Origin: SAR202 cluster bacterium bin87
GTDB lineage: Bacteria; Chloroflexota; Dehalococcoidia; Lucifugimonadales; UBA3495
Assembly: GCA_002238825.1 (NCBI GenBank)
Contig: MPNC01000013.1
Coordinates: 6,006-70,005 of the forward strand
Length of the DNA stretch: 64,000 nt
Reading direction: 5' to 3'
The translations under genes and the position numbers were made by a program. Below, one piece after another: positions 18,353 through 27,563 of the stretch; within the stretch, counting starts at the first letter, position 1, and the number at the start of each line of letters is the position of its first letter. The notes under the pieces are model-generated. The model ran no database searches. It was not told the origin of the DNA and saw only the letters and a program-made list of their open reading frames with translations.

Positions 18353-18463
18353 GTCATTGCGAGCGCAGCGCGGCAATCTCGTGATGGTCGCGGGGTCGCT
18401 TTGAGCAACGGGATCGCCACGTCGCCTGGCTCCTCGCGATGACAAACCGGGCGCGCATGAGAC
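18353..18463 (+). repeat. Family A ~110-nt imperfect-palindromic intergenic repeat
   Basis: It reads GTCATTGCGAGCGCAGCGCGGCAATCTCG...GGATCGCCACGTCGC...CTCGCGATGACAAACCGGGCGCGCATGAGAC. Confidence 0.85.
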
Positions 18464-18508
18464 GGGTCGGACTTGCACAATCTGGCCTTATGTGTAAAAT
18501 GTACATAT

Positions 18509-18919
18509 ATGGTCAGCCCTGATCCACTCGGCAGCCGCAAGCTGCCTAAGAACTTTCTCACCCCGTGGGTGTTGCTGGTGCTCAAGCAATGGAGCCTCCA
18601 CGGCTACCTCATCATGCAGCAGCTCAACAACATGGGCTTCGCCGAGGTTGACCACCCGACGCTGTACCGCGAGCTCCGCCGCCTGGAAAAAGAGGGGCAC
18701 GTCGTCTCCGAGTGGCAGACCGACGGCAGCGGCCCCGCCAAGCGCGTGTACAGCATCACCGAGGCCGGCGAGCAGATGCTGCTGGGCTGGACGGAAGTGG
18801 TGTCCGGGTACCAGCGCATGATCGCCGGTTTCTTCGACATGTACGCCCAGGCGTTCGGCATGTCTCCGCCCGCAGCCGGTCCCGACGCCCCAACCGAACG
18901 AGATTCAACGACAACGTAA
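18509..18919 (+). CDS. PadR-family transcriptional regulator (PhaQ-like by context)
   Basis: 136 aa from ATG 18509. The winged-helix block is LLVLK...HGY.I...L......PTLY..L..LE..G.V...W. The start is uncertain (the tracked ORF begins at TTG 18473). Confidence 0.7.
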   Translation: MVSPDPLGSRKLPKNFLTPWVLLVLKQWSLHGYLIMQQLNNMGFAEVDHPTLYRELRRLEKEGHVVSEWQTDGSGPAKRVYSITEAGEQMLLGWTEVVSGYQRMIAGFFDMYAQAFGMSPPAAGPDAPTERDSTTT

Positions 18920-18958
18920 CCTGATCGAAACCAAACCGTAATCAACCGGCTCTACCCT

Positions 18959-19492
18959 ATGGGCCAGTATCTTCAGGAGGATCAAAAAGTGGCAGCCACC
19001 GTAACCGAATGCGCGCAAGAGATGGTCAAGGCCTACAACCAGATGGTGTCCCAGGGTTTCACCGCCGCACGGATGGGTTGGGAACAATCCGCCGCAACCA
19101 CCAGGCTGATGACCGAGGCCTTCCAGGCCGAGCAGGAAGCTTCCGGCAAGATCTGGGAAGCGTCCATCGGCCGCGCCCGGGACCGCAGCGAGAAGATGGC
19201 AGAACTCACCCGGGCCTTTGCCGCCGCTCCCAACGCCGGCGTCAGCCCTGAGGCCAAGGAAATGGTCGACGCCATCGTCGCCGGCGACCAGGAGTATTTC
19301 CGAGCCTGCGCCGAGTACGCCCAGGGGATCGAAAAGCGCCGCGCCGAGCTCACCGCCAACATGCTCAAGGCCAACACCGACCTCGCGTCCGCCGGCCAGG
19401 AGATGGTCGAGAGCGCCATGGAATATGGCCGGACCTTCATGGATTGGTCTTTCGCCGCGAACCGGGGCGCGGCTCCCACCGCCCCCTTCTAA
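18959..19492 (+). CDS. phasin-like helical protein (context-based)
   Basis: 177 aa, all-helical and Ala/Glu/Gln-rich. It sits between the PadR gene and phaC. AGGAGG followed 8 nt later by GTG 18989 is an alternative start. Confidence 0.4.
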   Translation: MGQYLQEDQKVAATVTECAQEMVKAYNQMVSQGFTAARMGWEQSAATTRLMTEAFQAEQEASGKIWEASIGRARDRSEKMAELTRAFAAAPNAGVSPEAKEMVDAIVAGDQEYFRACAEYAQGIEKRRAELTANMLKANTDLASAGQEMVESAMEYGRTFMDWSFAANRGAAPTAPF

Positions 19493-19530
19493 ACGCAGTC
19501 CTCTAGCGTCAACCGACAGGAGACACACCA

Positions 19531-20607
19531 GTGGTCAACTCGACCGAATACGCCTCCCAATTCCAGCAGGAAGCGCAGCAGCAATGGCAGCGTTTCCAGG
19601 CCATGTTCGACGCCTTTGTCGTCAACCCGGCCGACCCGCCCGCCGAAGTGACGCCCTACGAGGTCATCTGGAAGCGCGGCAACACCCGGCTGCTCCGCTA
19701 CGGCTCCCGGGATCGGGAAACCCTGGGCATGCCGTATCTCATCGTGCCCTGGCTGGGCATCAGCCGGACCTACGTCCTGGACCTGCTTCCCGGCAACAGC
19801 ATGATCGAGTACCTGGTCAATCAGGGCCACGACGTGTTCCTGCTGGACTGGGGCGTGGTCGGCGAAGAGGACCGGGAGTTGGGCTTCGAGGAGGGTGTCT
19901 ACAAGATCATCCCCCGCGCCATCGAACGGGCGCTGGAAGCCTCCGGCGCCAGCGAGATCACGCTCAACGGCATATGCCTGGGCGGGACCCTCAGCGCCGC
20001 GTACCTGGCCCTGCACCCTGACGCTCCGGTCCGCAACTTCGTCGCCGTGGTGGCGCCCATCGACTTCGAGCACGGCGGCATGTTCCGCACCTGGCTGGAC
20101 GAGCGGTACTTCCCGGCCGACCTCATCGTCGAGCACTACGGCAGCCTGCCGTCGGTCCTGATGAACACCGGGTTCAAGATGCTGCGGCCCACCCTGGAGG
20201 CCCAGGCCATGGCCGGCCTGTGGTCCAACGCCACCCGTCCCGGCTATATCGAGAGCTACAAGGCCATGAGCCGCTGGGCCAACGACTTCGTCGCCATGCC
20301 CGGGCGTTTCTTCCGCCAACTCTCGAAGAATCTGTACGGCAAAAACGAGATGATACGCGGCGAGTTCCTCGTCAATGGCCGCGCCGTCAACCTGTCGCGG
20401 ATCAGCCAGCCCCTGCTGGTGGCGGCCGCCAGCCAGGACTACATTGTTCCGGCGCCCGCAGCCCGGAGCCTGATGGACGTGGTATCCAGCGAGGACAAGG
20501 AGTTCGTGGAACTCCCCGGCGGACACATCTCCGTCTTCTCCGGCCGGCAGGCCCACCAGACCCTGTGGCCCAAGATCAACGAGTGGGTTTCGGCCCGGTC
20601 CAACTGA
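19531..20607 (+). CDS. phaC: class III/IV poly(R)-hydroxyalkanoate synthase catalytic subunit PhaC
   Basis: 358 aa alpha/beta hydrolase. The lipase-like box has Cys (G-I-C-L-G-G), and GGHISVF lies near the C-terminus. Confidence 0.8.
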   Translation: MVNSTEYASQFQQEAQQQWQRFQAMFDAFVVNPADPPAEVTPYEVIWKRGNTRLLRYGSRDRETLGMPYLIVPWLGISRTYVLDLLPGNSMIEYLVNQGHDVFLLDWGVVGEEDRELGFEEGVYKIIPRAIERALEASGASEITLNGICLGGTLSAAYLALHPDAPVRNFVAVVAPIDFEHGGMFRTWLDERYFPADLIVEHYGSLPSVLMNTGFKMLRPTLEAQAMAGLWSNATRPGYIESYKAMSRWANDFVAMPGRFFRQLSKNLYGKNEMIRGEFLVNGRAVNLSRISQPLLVAAASQDYIVPAPAARSLMDVVSSEDKEFVELPGGHISVFSGRQAHQTLWPKINEWVSARSN

Positions 20608-20651
20608 ACCTACCCACCCACAAGCTACCAGAACACCGGGAGCGCCCACTG

Positions 20652-21386
20652 ATGACCACCGCCGACAATGGCACCACCGAAAACAGCGCCACCGCTTTCT
20701 TTGAAGCGTGGCAGGACATGATCCGCAAATCCACCGAGGCCTGGTCGCAGGCCGCCACCGGCTTCGGCGGGTTCGCTCCGCCAAACCCGGGCGCGTCCCC
20801 CTTCGGGGCGTCCTCATTTGCCGGGTTCCCCTTTGGCGCATTTCCGTTCGGCTTCCCGCCGGGCGCCGGCGCGCCGGGATCCGTCCCCTTCACGCCGTCG
20901 TTCAACCCGGCCGATTTCATGCAGATGTGGCAGCGGATGTTCGAAACCTGGCAGTCGCAGTGGATGAACAGCCAGTCCGGCGAAACCCAGCCGCCGTCCA
21001 TCGAGGAAGCGCAACGCCAGTGGGCCCGCTACCTGGAAACCATGGCCGCCACCTTCTCGGAGGTGATGACCACCGAGGAGTTCTCCCAGGCGTTGGGCAA
21101 GTACATGGAGCAGGGCCTGGCGTTTCAGGAGCGCACCGCAAAGCAGGTCAACCCACAGATCAACTCCATGCTGCGCGCCTACAACCTGCCCTCACGCAGC
21201 CAGATGGACCGCATGTTTGCCCGGATCATCGGCATGGAGGAAAAGCTGGACGACCTCGAGGATGAGATCCGCAAACTCCGCAGCGAGCTGAGCGCGTCCC
21301 GGCGTCCGCAGTCGTCCCGCTCCCGTACCGCCCGGTCATCCGCCACGGCAACCGGCGCCGCCGCCGAAGAAGGAGAGCCGGCCTGA
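20652..21386 (+). CDS. phaE: PHA synthase second subunit (PhaE/PhaR type)
   Basis: 244 aa from ATG 20652. Blocks are FFEAWQDMIRKSTEAW, EEFSQALGKYMEQ, and the C-terminal LPSRSQMDRMFARIIGMEEKLDDLEDEIRKL coiled coil. Confidence 0.65.
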   Translation: MTTADNGTTENSATAFFEAWQDMIRKSTEAWSQAATGFGGFAPPNPGASPFGASSFAGFPFGAFPFGFPPGAGAPGSVPFTPSFNPADFMQMWQRMFETWQSQWMNSQSGETQPPSIEEAQRQWARYLETMAATFSEVMTTEEFSQALGKYMEQGLAFQERTAKQVNPQINSMLRAYNLPSRSQMDRMFARIIGMEEKLDDLEDEIRKLRSELSASRRPQSSRSRTARSSATATGAAAEEGEPA

Positions 21387-21433
21387 CCCAAGTCCCGCAA
21401 CGAAATACCCGATCGAAGCAACAGGAGGCACAC

Positions 21434-22177
21434 ATGAAACTCGAAGGACGCACTGCCCTCGTCACCGGAGCCTCCCGCGGAATCGGCCGCGCTATCGCCC
21501 TCGCCCTGGCGGCGGAGGGCGCCGATGTGGCCATCAACTATGTCTCCAACGAAGCGGCTGCGGCAGCCGTAGTCGAGGAGATCCAGGCGCTGGGACGCAA
21601 GGGCGTCCTGGCCCGGGCCGACGTCGGCGACTTCCCCGACACCTATGCCATGGCCCACTCCGTCCTCAGGGACTTCGGCCACATCGACATCCTGGTCAAC
21701 AACGCCGGCGTGACCTCCGACAAGACCTTCGTCAACATGGACCATTCCACCTGGCGCAAGGTGCTGGCCATCAACCTCGACGGCGTCTTCAACTGCACCA
21801 AGGTCTGCATCGACCAGATGGTGGAGCAGAACTACGGCCGCGTGGTGAACATCACCTCGGTCATCGGCCAGATCGGCAACTTCGGCCAGGCCAACTACGC
21901 CGCATCCAAGGCCGGCGTCGCCGCTATGACCAAGACCCTGGCGAAAGAGCTTGCCAGCAAGGGCATCACCGTCAACGCGGTGGCCCCCGGCTTCATCGAG
22001 ACCGAAATGGTCTCCTCCATACCCGAGAACATTCAGGACCGCCTGCTGAGCCAGATCCCCCTGCGCCGTTTCGGCAAGGCCGAAGAGGTCGCCCAGATGG
22101 TGGTGTTCCTCTGCTCCCCCGAGGGCGACTACGTGACCGGCGCGGAGCTGGAAGTCAACGGCGGGCTGTTCATGTAG
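21434..22177 (+). CDS. SDR 3-oxoacyl reductase (FabG / acetoacetyl-CoA reductase PhaB-like)
   Basis: 247 aa. Motifs are TGASRGIG, NNAG and YAASKAG. Confidence 0.8.
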   Translation: MKLEGRTALVTGASRGIGRAIALALAAEGADVAINYVSNEAAAAAVVEEIQALGRKGVLARADVGDFPDTYAMAHSVLRDFGHIDILVNNAGVTSDKTFVNMDHSTWRKVLAINLDGVFNCTKVCIDQMVEQNYGRVVNITSVIGQIGNFGQANYAASKAGVAAMTKTLAKELASKGITVNAVAPGFIETEMVSSIPENIQDRLLSQIPLRRFGKAEEVAQMVVFLCSPEGDYVTGAELEVNGGLFM

Positions 22178-22286
22178 CCGGCCGCCCCTGGCGCGGTTTT
22201 GCCAATTGTCGGGACTGGCCTGGCGCCGGTCGGACACCTGATCAGGGCGTTTCCAAAGTCGCGGATAGTGGTGTTTCGCCCCAAAC

Positions 22287-22315
22287 CGTCATTCCGGCTT
22301 TCGCCGGAATCCAGA
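22287..22315 (+). repeat. Family B short hairpin repeat (CGTCATTCCGGCTTTCGCCGGAATCCAG)
   Basis: The stem is ATTCCGGC/GCCGGAAT. Related copies are listed below. Confidence 0.7.
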
Positions 22316-22426
22316 ACATTCCGAATACAACGACCTGCTGGATTCACGCATCCGCGGGAACGATGGATTAACTTTGAAAATGCCTCCGCGCCTGATGCCG
22401 TAACTGTTCAGGGTTGCGGGGGAAGT

Positions 22427-22537
22427 GTCATTGCGAGCGCAGCGCGGCAATCCCGTTGGGGCAAGAGATTCCTTCGGGACAAGCGTGGCTGCTACGGCGT
22501 CGAGATTGCCACGGCGCAAGCGCCTCGCAATGACAAC
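22427..22537 (+). repeat. Family A intergenic repeat
   Basis: It reads GTCATTGCGAGCGCAGCGCGGCAATCCCG...GAGATTGCCACGGCGC...CTCGCAATGACAACC. Confidence 0.85.
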
Positions 22538-22626
22538 CTCCTGAATTCAGAACAATTACCTGATACCCTGGCATTTGCCCTTGGTGGCGTACCGCTGATA
22601 ACCTGACATGGAGCAGGAGCTAACCC

Positions 22627-22986
22627 GTGACCACGCAGCAATATCAACAGGCCAGTGAGCATTTTCTGACCCAGGCCAGACGAGAACTGGCCGCCGGCGA
22701 CCTGCCCCAGGCCTCCGAAAAGGGTTGGGGCGCCGCCACCCAGATGCTCAAGGCCATCGCCGAGCAACGCGGCTGGGAGCACAACCGCCACCGCCACTAC
22801 CACCGAACGGCCAACAGGCTGCGCGCCGAGACCGGTGACGGCGATATCCGACGCTTTTTCAACTCGGCGGGCGCGCTCCACGAGAATTTCTACGAGAACG
22901 ACATGGAGGCCGCGCTGGTGGCCGAAAGCCTCGACGATGTGGAGGCCCTCCTGGATAAGCTCCGCCCCCTGCTGACCCAAACATAG
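22627..22986 (+). CDS. PaREP1-like (HEPN-superfamily) small helical protein, paralog of 3846..4238
   Basis: 119 aa with a GTG start. It shares blocks with the paralog: AAGDLPQASEKGWGAATQ, AEQRGWEHNRHRH, LHENFYENDME. Confidence 0.5.
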   Translation: MTTQQYQQASEHFLTQARRELAAGDLPQASEKGWGAATQMLKAIAEQRGWEHNRHRHYHRTANRLRAETGDGDIRRFFNSAGALHENFYENDMEAALVAESLDDVEALLDKLRPLLTQT

Positions 22987-23103
22987 CGCCTCACCGGGCG
23001 GAGGCGGCGCAACCGGCGACCCGCGCGTGGAACGCGGGGCGCATCCCCATCCTGTCGCCGGGCAGACTCCTCAAGTATTGACGCTTGCCGCGCCGGCATT
23101 TAG

Positions 23104-23133
23104 TTGACACATTCAGGGCCGTGGCAGTAACAT
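23104..23133 (+). promoter_or_regulatory. candidate sigma-70-type promoter of the str operon
   Basis: TTGACA-18 nt-TAACAT lies 47 nt upstream of the rpsL ATG. A second candidate, TTGACG, lies 26 nt further upstream. Confidence 0.3.
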
Positions 23134-23179
23134 CTTTCAACGTTACGCCGGAAATCCCACCGGCAGCGAAGGAATTTTT

Positions 23180-23590
23180 ATGCCTACTGTCAATCAACTG
23201 GTACGCAAGGGCCGCAAGCCGATGCGCAAGAAGACCAAGGCGCCGGCCCTGCACTGGGTGCAGAATTCCCTGCGCAACCGCACGCGCTGGGGCCCCGGGT
23301 GTCCGCAGCGTCGCGGCGTTTGCATCCAGGTGCGCACCATGACCCCCAAGAAGCCCAACTCCGCGCTCCGCAAGATCTGCCGGGTACGGCTGACCAACGG
23401 GGTGGAAGTGACCGCGTACATCGGCGGCGAAGGGCACAACCTGCAGGAGCACTCGGTGGTGCTGATCCGCGGCGGCCGCGTCAAGGACCTGCCCGGCGTG
23501 CGGTACCACGTGGTACGCAGCAACCTGGACACCGAGGGCGTCGACGGACGCCGCCAGGGTCGCAGCAAGTACGGTACTCGTAGAGGCTAA
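23180..23590 (+). CDS. rpsL: 30S ribosomal protein S12
   Basis: 136 aa with the hallmark N-terminus [13 protein letters not shown]. It is the first gene of the str operon. Confidence 0.95.
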   Translation: MPTVNQLVRKGRKPMRKKTKAPALHWVQNSLRNRTRWGPGCPQRRGVCIQVRTMTPKKPNSALRKICRVRLTNGVEVTAYIGGEGHNLQEHSVVLIRGGRVKDLPGVRYHVVRSNLDTEGVDGRRQGRSKYGTRRG

Positions 23591-23672
23591 CCGCCACCGG
23601 AACTGAGAAATAAGGCCACCGTCACCCCCACCGTCGGGGGTGGCTCATTTTGGAAAGCAAGGTAGAGTAGCC

Positions 23673-24143
23673 ATGTCACGCAGACGTCGCGCCGAACCCA
23701 GGATTGTCAAACCCGACCCGCGCTACAACAACGCGGAGTTGTCCAAGTTCATCAACCGGGTCATGCTGAAGGGCAAAAAGTCCACCGCCCAGCGCGTGGT
23801 CTACGACGCCTTGGAGTTGGTGCGCCAGGACACGAACCAAGACCCCATCGGCGTGTTCTCCACGGCCCTGCGCAACGCCACCCCTCTGGTCGAGGTGCGG
23901 CCCCGCCGTGTCGGTGGCGCCACCTACCAGGTCCCGGTCGAACTGCGCACCAGCCGCAGCGAGGCTCTCGCCATGCGTTGGATCATTCGCGGCGCCCGAG
24001 GGCGCAACGGCATGCGCATGGCCCGCGGGCTCGCCAACGAATTCATGGATGCCGCCCGTGGCGAAGGCTCCGCCGTGCGCCGCAAGGACGAACTGCACCG
24101 CATGGCCGAGGCCAACCGCGCCTTCGTCCATTACCGCCGCTAG
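23673..24143 (+). CDS. rpsG: 30S ribosomal protein S7
   Basis: 156 aa from ATG 23673 (MSRRRRAEPR...). Synteny supports the call. Confidence 0.95.
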   Translation: MSRRRRAEPRIVKPDPRYNNAELSKFINRVMLKGKKSTAQRVVYDALELVRQDTNQDPIGVFSTALRNATPLVEVRPRRVGGATYQVPVELRTSRSEALAMRWIIRGARGRNGMRMARGLANEFMDAARGEGSAVRRKDELHRMAEANRAFVHYRR

Positions 24144-24156
24144 CCCCGTTAACCTT

Positions 24157-24186
24157 CGTAGGGGCGAATGAACATTCGCCCCTACG
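24157..24186. repeat. Family D palindrome (14-bp arms, CGTAGGGGCGAATG-AA-CATTCGCCCCTACG) inside the str operon
   Basis: It starts 14 nt after the rpsG stop and is a near-identical twin of 5149..5176. A CT-rich tract follows, up to the fusA ATG. Confidence 0.9.
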
Positions 24187-24230
24187 TTTCTGTCTCTCCC
24201 TCCTTCCCTCAACTCTCCCCAGGTACAGGT

Positions 24231-26312
24231 ATGACTGCCGTTACAACCAACGCCGATCTGATACGCAACATCGGCTTTATCGCACACATCGACGCCGGCA
24301 AGACCACGGTCACCGAGCGCGTGCTCTACCTCACCGGTCGCATCCGCAAGGTCGGCGGCGTGGATGAGGGCACCACGGCCATGGACTGGATGCCGCAGGA
24401 GAAAGAACGGGGCATCACCATCACCGCGGCCGCTACCACCGCCTACTGGCGCGACCACCAGGTCAACATCATCGACACCCCCGGCCACGTGGACTTCACC
24501 GCCGAGGTGGAACGCAGCCTGCGCGTCCTCGACGGCGGCATCGTGGTTCTGGACGCCGTCGCCGGCGTGCAGCCCCAGTCGGAAACCGTCTGGCGCCAGG
24601 CCGACACCTACAACGTTCCCCGCATCTGCTTCGTGAACAAGATGGACCGGGTCGGCGCATCCTACGAGCGCACCATCGAGTCCATCCGACGCCGGCTGAA
24701 AGGAAACCCCGTTGCGGTACAGGTACCGATCGGGGCAGAGGACGATTTTCGCGGCGTGGTCGATCTGATTGAAGGCCAGGCCGTTATGTATTCTGACGGG
24801 CGCGACGACGTGGCCGACCCACCGGAACTGATGCCGGTCCCGTCCGAATACGAACAGGCCTACAACGACTACCGCCAGGAGATGATCGAGAAGATCGTCG
24901 AGACGGACGAGGCCCTGCTCATCAAGTACCTTGAGGGCGAGGATATCTGCGCCGACGACCTCCGGTCCGCCCTGCGGAATGCCACCATCAACCGCCAGTT
25001 GGTTCCGGTGTTGTGTGGCAGCGCGATGCGCGGCAAGGGCGTCCACCCGCTTCTCGACGCCATCATCTGCTACCTGCCGTCGCCCCTGGACGTCCCTGCG
25101 GTGGAAGGCACCGTGCCCGACACCGACACCATTGAGATCCGCGAGCCGGTGAACAGCGAACCCCTGTCCGCGCTGGCCTTCAAGGTCGTGGTCGATCCCT
25201 ACGTTGGACGGCTGGTGTTCCTGCGAATTTACTCCGGCAAAATCGAGGCCGGCGCCGCCGTGCGCAACGTGACCCGAGGGAACCGGGAGCGCATGGGCCG
25301 GCTGCTGCGGATGCACGCCAATCACCGGGAAGAGCTCCCGGAGATCACCGCCGGCAACATCTGCGCGGCCGTGGGCCTGAAAGACACCTTCACCGGCGAC
25401 ACCATTTGCACCGACCACAGGCCGGTGATCCTCGAACCTCCTCACTTCCCCGAGCCCGTCGTGTCGGTCGCCATCGAACCCGCCACCCGCGCCGACCAGG
25501 ACAAGCTCGGCGAGGCCATGCGCAAGCTCTCCGAAGAAGACCCCACCTTCGTGGTGCGGTTCAACGACGAAACCGGCCAGACCGTCATCTCCGGCATGGG
25601 CGAACTGCACCTGGAAGTCCTCGTTGACCGCATGCGGCGCGAGTTCGACGTGGAAGCCCGCGTCGGCCAGCCCAGGGTCGCCTACCGCGAAGCCATCACC
25701 AAGCCGATCCGGGTTGAAGGACGCTTTGTGCGCCAGACCGGCGGCCACGGCCAATACGGACACGTGTGGCTGGAACTGGAGCCGCAGGAGCGCGGCGCCG
25801 GCGCCGATTTCGTCGACGGCATCACCGGCGGCACCATCCCCCGCAACTTCATCCCGGCCGTCCAGGCCGGCGTCAAGCAGGCTCTGGACAACGGCCCGTT
25901 GGCTGGCTATCCTCTGGTGGACTTGAAGGTCACCCTGGTCGACGGCAGCTACCACACGGTGGACTCGTCCGAAATGGCCTTCCGTTCCGCGGCAATGATT
26001 GCCATGCGGGACGGTACGCGCCGGGCGGCCCCCGTGCTGCAGGAACCTTTCTTCGAGATGGAGATCGTGACGCCCGGCGAGTATCTCAGCGAAGTGCTGA
26101 GCGACCTGGGAGGGCGCCGCGCCCAGATTCGAAGCATCGAAGGGCAGGAGGACCTGCAGACCGTGAGCGCGATGATTCCCCTCGGGGAGACTTTCGCGTA
26201 CACGACGGCGCTGCGGTCCCTCACCCGTGGACGCGCCTCGTACACCATGGAGTTCCGGCACTACGAGCCGGTCCCGGAGAGCGTGGCCCGTGCCCTGGTG
26301 ACCAACCGTTAG
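24231..26312 (+). CDS. fusA: elongation factor G
   Basis: 693 aa from ATG 24231. Motifs are [17 protein letters not shown] and NKMD. Confidence 0.95.
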   Translation: MTAVTTNADLIRNIGFIAHIDAGKTTVTERVLYLTGRIRKVGGVDEGTTAMDWMPQEKERGITITAAATTAYWRDHQVNIIDTPGHVDFTAEVERSLRVLDGGIVVLDAVAGVQPQSETVWRQADTYNVPRICFVNKMDRVGASYERTIESIRRRLKGNPVAVQVPIGAEDDFRGVVDLIEGQAVMYSDGRDDVADPPELMPVPSEYEQAYNDYRQEMIEKIVETDEALLIKYLEGEDICADDLRSALRNATINRQLVPVLCGSAMRGKGVHPLLDAIICYLPSPLDVPAVEGTVPDTDTIEIREPVNSEPLSALAFKVVVDPYVGRLVFLRIYSGKIEAGAAVRNVTRGNRERMGRLLRMHANHREELPEITAGNICAAVGLKDTFTGDTICTDHRPVILEPPHFPEPVVSVAIEPATRADQDKLGEAMRKLSEEDPTFVVRFNDETGQTVISGMGELHLEVLVDRMRREFDVEARVGQPRVAYREAITKPIRVEGRFVRQTGGHGQYGHVWLELEPQERGAGADFVDGITGGTIPRNFIPAVQAGVKQALDNGPLAGYPLVDLKVTLVDGSYHTVDSSEMAFRSAAMIAMRDGTRRAAPVLQEPFFEMEIVTPGEYLSEVLSDLGGRRAQIRSIEGQEDLQTVSAMIPLGETFAYTTALRSLTRGRASYTMEFRHYEPVPESVARALVTNR

Positions 26313-26364
26313 CCAACGGGTCCTCCGGACAAAACACACCACTGGAGCATTATCGGATTACATT

Positions 26365-26676
26365 ATGGTCGCAAGGCAACAAATGCGGATCATCCTCAAG
26401 GCGTTTGACCACAAGATTCTGGACCAGTCCAGCGCGCAAATCGTGGACACCGCCGAACTGACCGGCGCCCGGGTCGCGGGCCCGGTGCCACTGCCCACGC
26501 AGATCCGCCGGTTCTGCGTCATCAGGGGACCACACGTCGACAAGGACTCCCGCGAGCACTTCGAGATCCGAACTCACAAGCGGCTCCTGGACATCATGGA
26601 ACCCACCAGCAAGACCATCGATGCGCTGACCCGGCTCAACATGCCGGCGGGAGTGGACATTTCCATCAAACTCTAA
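26365..26676 (+). CDS. rpsJ: 30S ribosomal protein S10
   Basis: 103 aa with [13 protein letters not shown]. Synteny supports the call. Confidence 0.95.
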   Translation: MVARQQMRIILKAFDHKILDQSSAQIVDTAELTGARVAGPVPLPTQIRRFCVIRGPHVDKDSREHFEIRTHKRLLDIMEPTSKTIDALTRLNMPAGVDISIKL

Positions 26677-26875
26677 ACCGGCCGATCCCGCAGCCGGCGC
26701 CTGTCGGAATTGCGGGTGAGGCGGGTAAAACAGTGTACGGACGGGACAATCAGGCTTGAAAGAATAGTAATCCCGTCGTAAAATTGCAGTTCCGGCTGGC
26801 GGCTGGCATAAAGGCCACCGCCGCCATTTCATCTAACGAATTCCAACAATCGGCCAACACTCGCAGGCAAAGAAA

Positions 26876-27508
26876 ATGCTCAAGGCGTTCCTCGGCAAGA
26901 AGATCGGTATGACCCAGGTGTTCAACGACGCCGGACAGGTCGTGCCCGTAACCATCATCGAGGCCGGCCCATGCGCCGTCACTCAGATCCGCACCGCGGA
27001 GAAGGACGGCTACCAGTCGGTCCAGCTGGGGTTCGGGCGGGTCCGCAAGCCCACCAAGCCCGAGGCCGGGCACCTGCGCGGCAGCCAGATCGGCCGCCGC
27101 CTCGAGGAAGTGCGCGCCGACGACACCGCTGCATACGAAGTCGGTCAGTTGGTTTCGGTGGACATCTTCGAACCGGGCGAGATCGTTGACGTTATTGGCA
27201 AATCCAAGGGCAAGGGTTTCGCCGGAACCATGAAGCGACACGGCTTCGGCGGCGGTCCCCGCACTCACGGTCAGTCGGACCGCGCGCGGGCCCCCGGCTC
27301 CATCGGCGGAGGCACCACGCCGGGCAAGGTCTTCAAGGGACTGAAAATGTCTGGGCACATGGGCAACCGCCGGGTGACCAGCAAGGGCCTGGAAGTAATT
27401 CGCGTGGACGCCGAACGGAACCTCCTCATGGTCAAAGGCGGCATTCCCGGCGCCCCCAACAGCGCCGTTACCATCCGCAAGACCGGCAAGAGCAAGGCCA
27501 GGGCATAG
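26876..27508 (+). CDS. rplC: 50S ribosomal protein L3
   Basis: 210 aa, starting [16 protein letters not shown]. Confidence 0.95.
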   Translation: MLKAFLGKKIGMTQVFNDAGQVVPVTIIEAGPCAVTQIRTAEKDGYQSVQLGFGRVRKPTKPEAGHLRGSQIGRRLEEVRADDTAAYEVGQLVSVDIFEPGEIVDVIGKSKGKGFAGTMKRHGFGGGPRTHGQSDRARAPGSIGGGTTPGKVFKGLKMSGHMGNRRVTSKGLEVIRVDAERNLLMVKGGIPGAPNSAVTIRKTGKSKARA

Positions 27509-27563
27509 AACGCACCGATACGCCTGCTCCGCATGGCGCCCATCGGCAAGGAACTGATCCGAA

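Noticed and set aside
16460-18478. 672-aa minus-strand ORF opposite the DctP-like gene
   Set aside because: It is the same kind of high-GC antisense artefact. It runs through a family A repeat and the tRNA-proximal spacer, and its composition is low-complexity.
22991-23509. 172-aa minus-strand ORF across the rpsL promoter and gene
   Set aside because: It is antisense to S12 and lacks motifs. It is an artefact.
23676-26342. 888-aa minus-strand ORF covering the whole fusA region
   Set aside because: It is antisense to an unmistakable EF-G gene. The translation is Gly/Ala/Val/Arg/His-rich with no motifs. Long stop-free antisense frames are expected at this GC content.
26313-26364. Absence of tuf between fusA and rpsJ as a possible deletion or novelty
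   Set aside because: Several bacterial lineages keep tuf elsewhere (for example near secE-nusG). The 52-nt spacer shows no gene remnant. It is a lineage trait rather than an anomaly.
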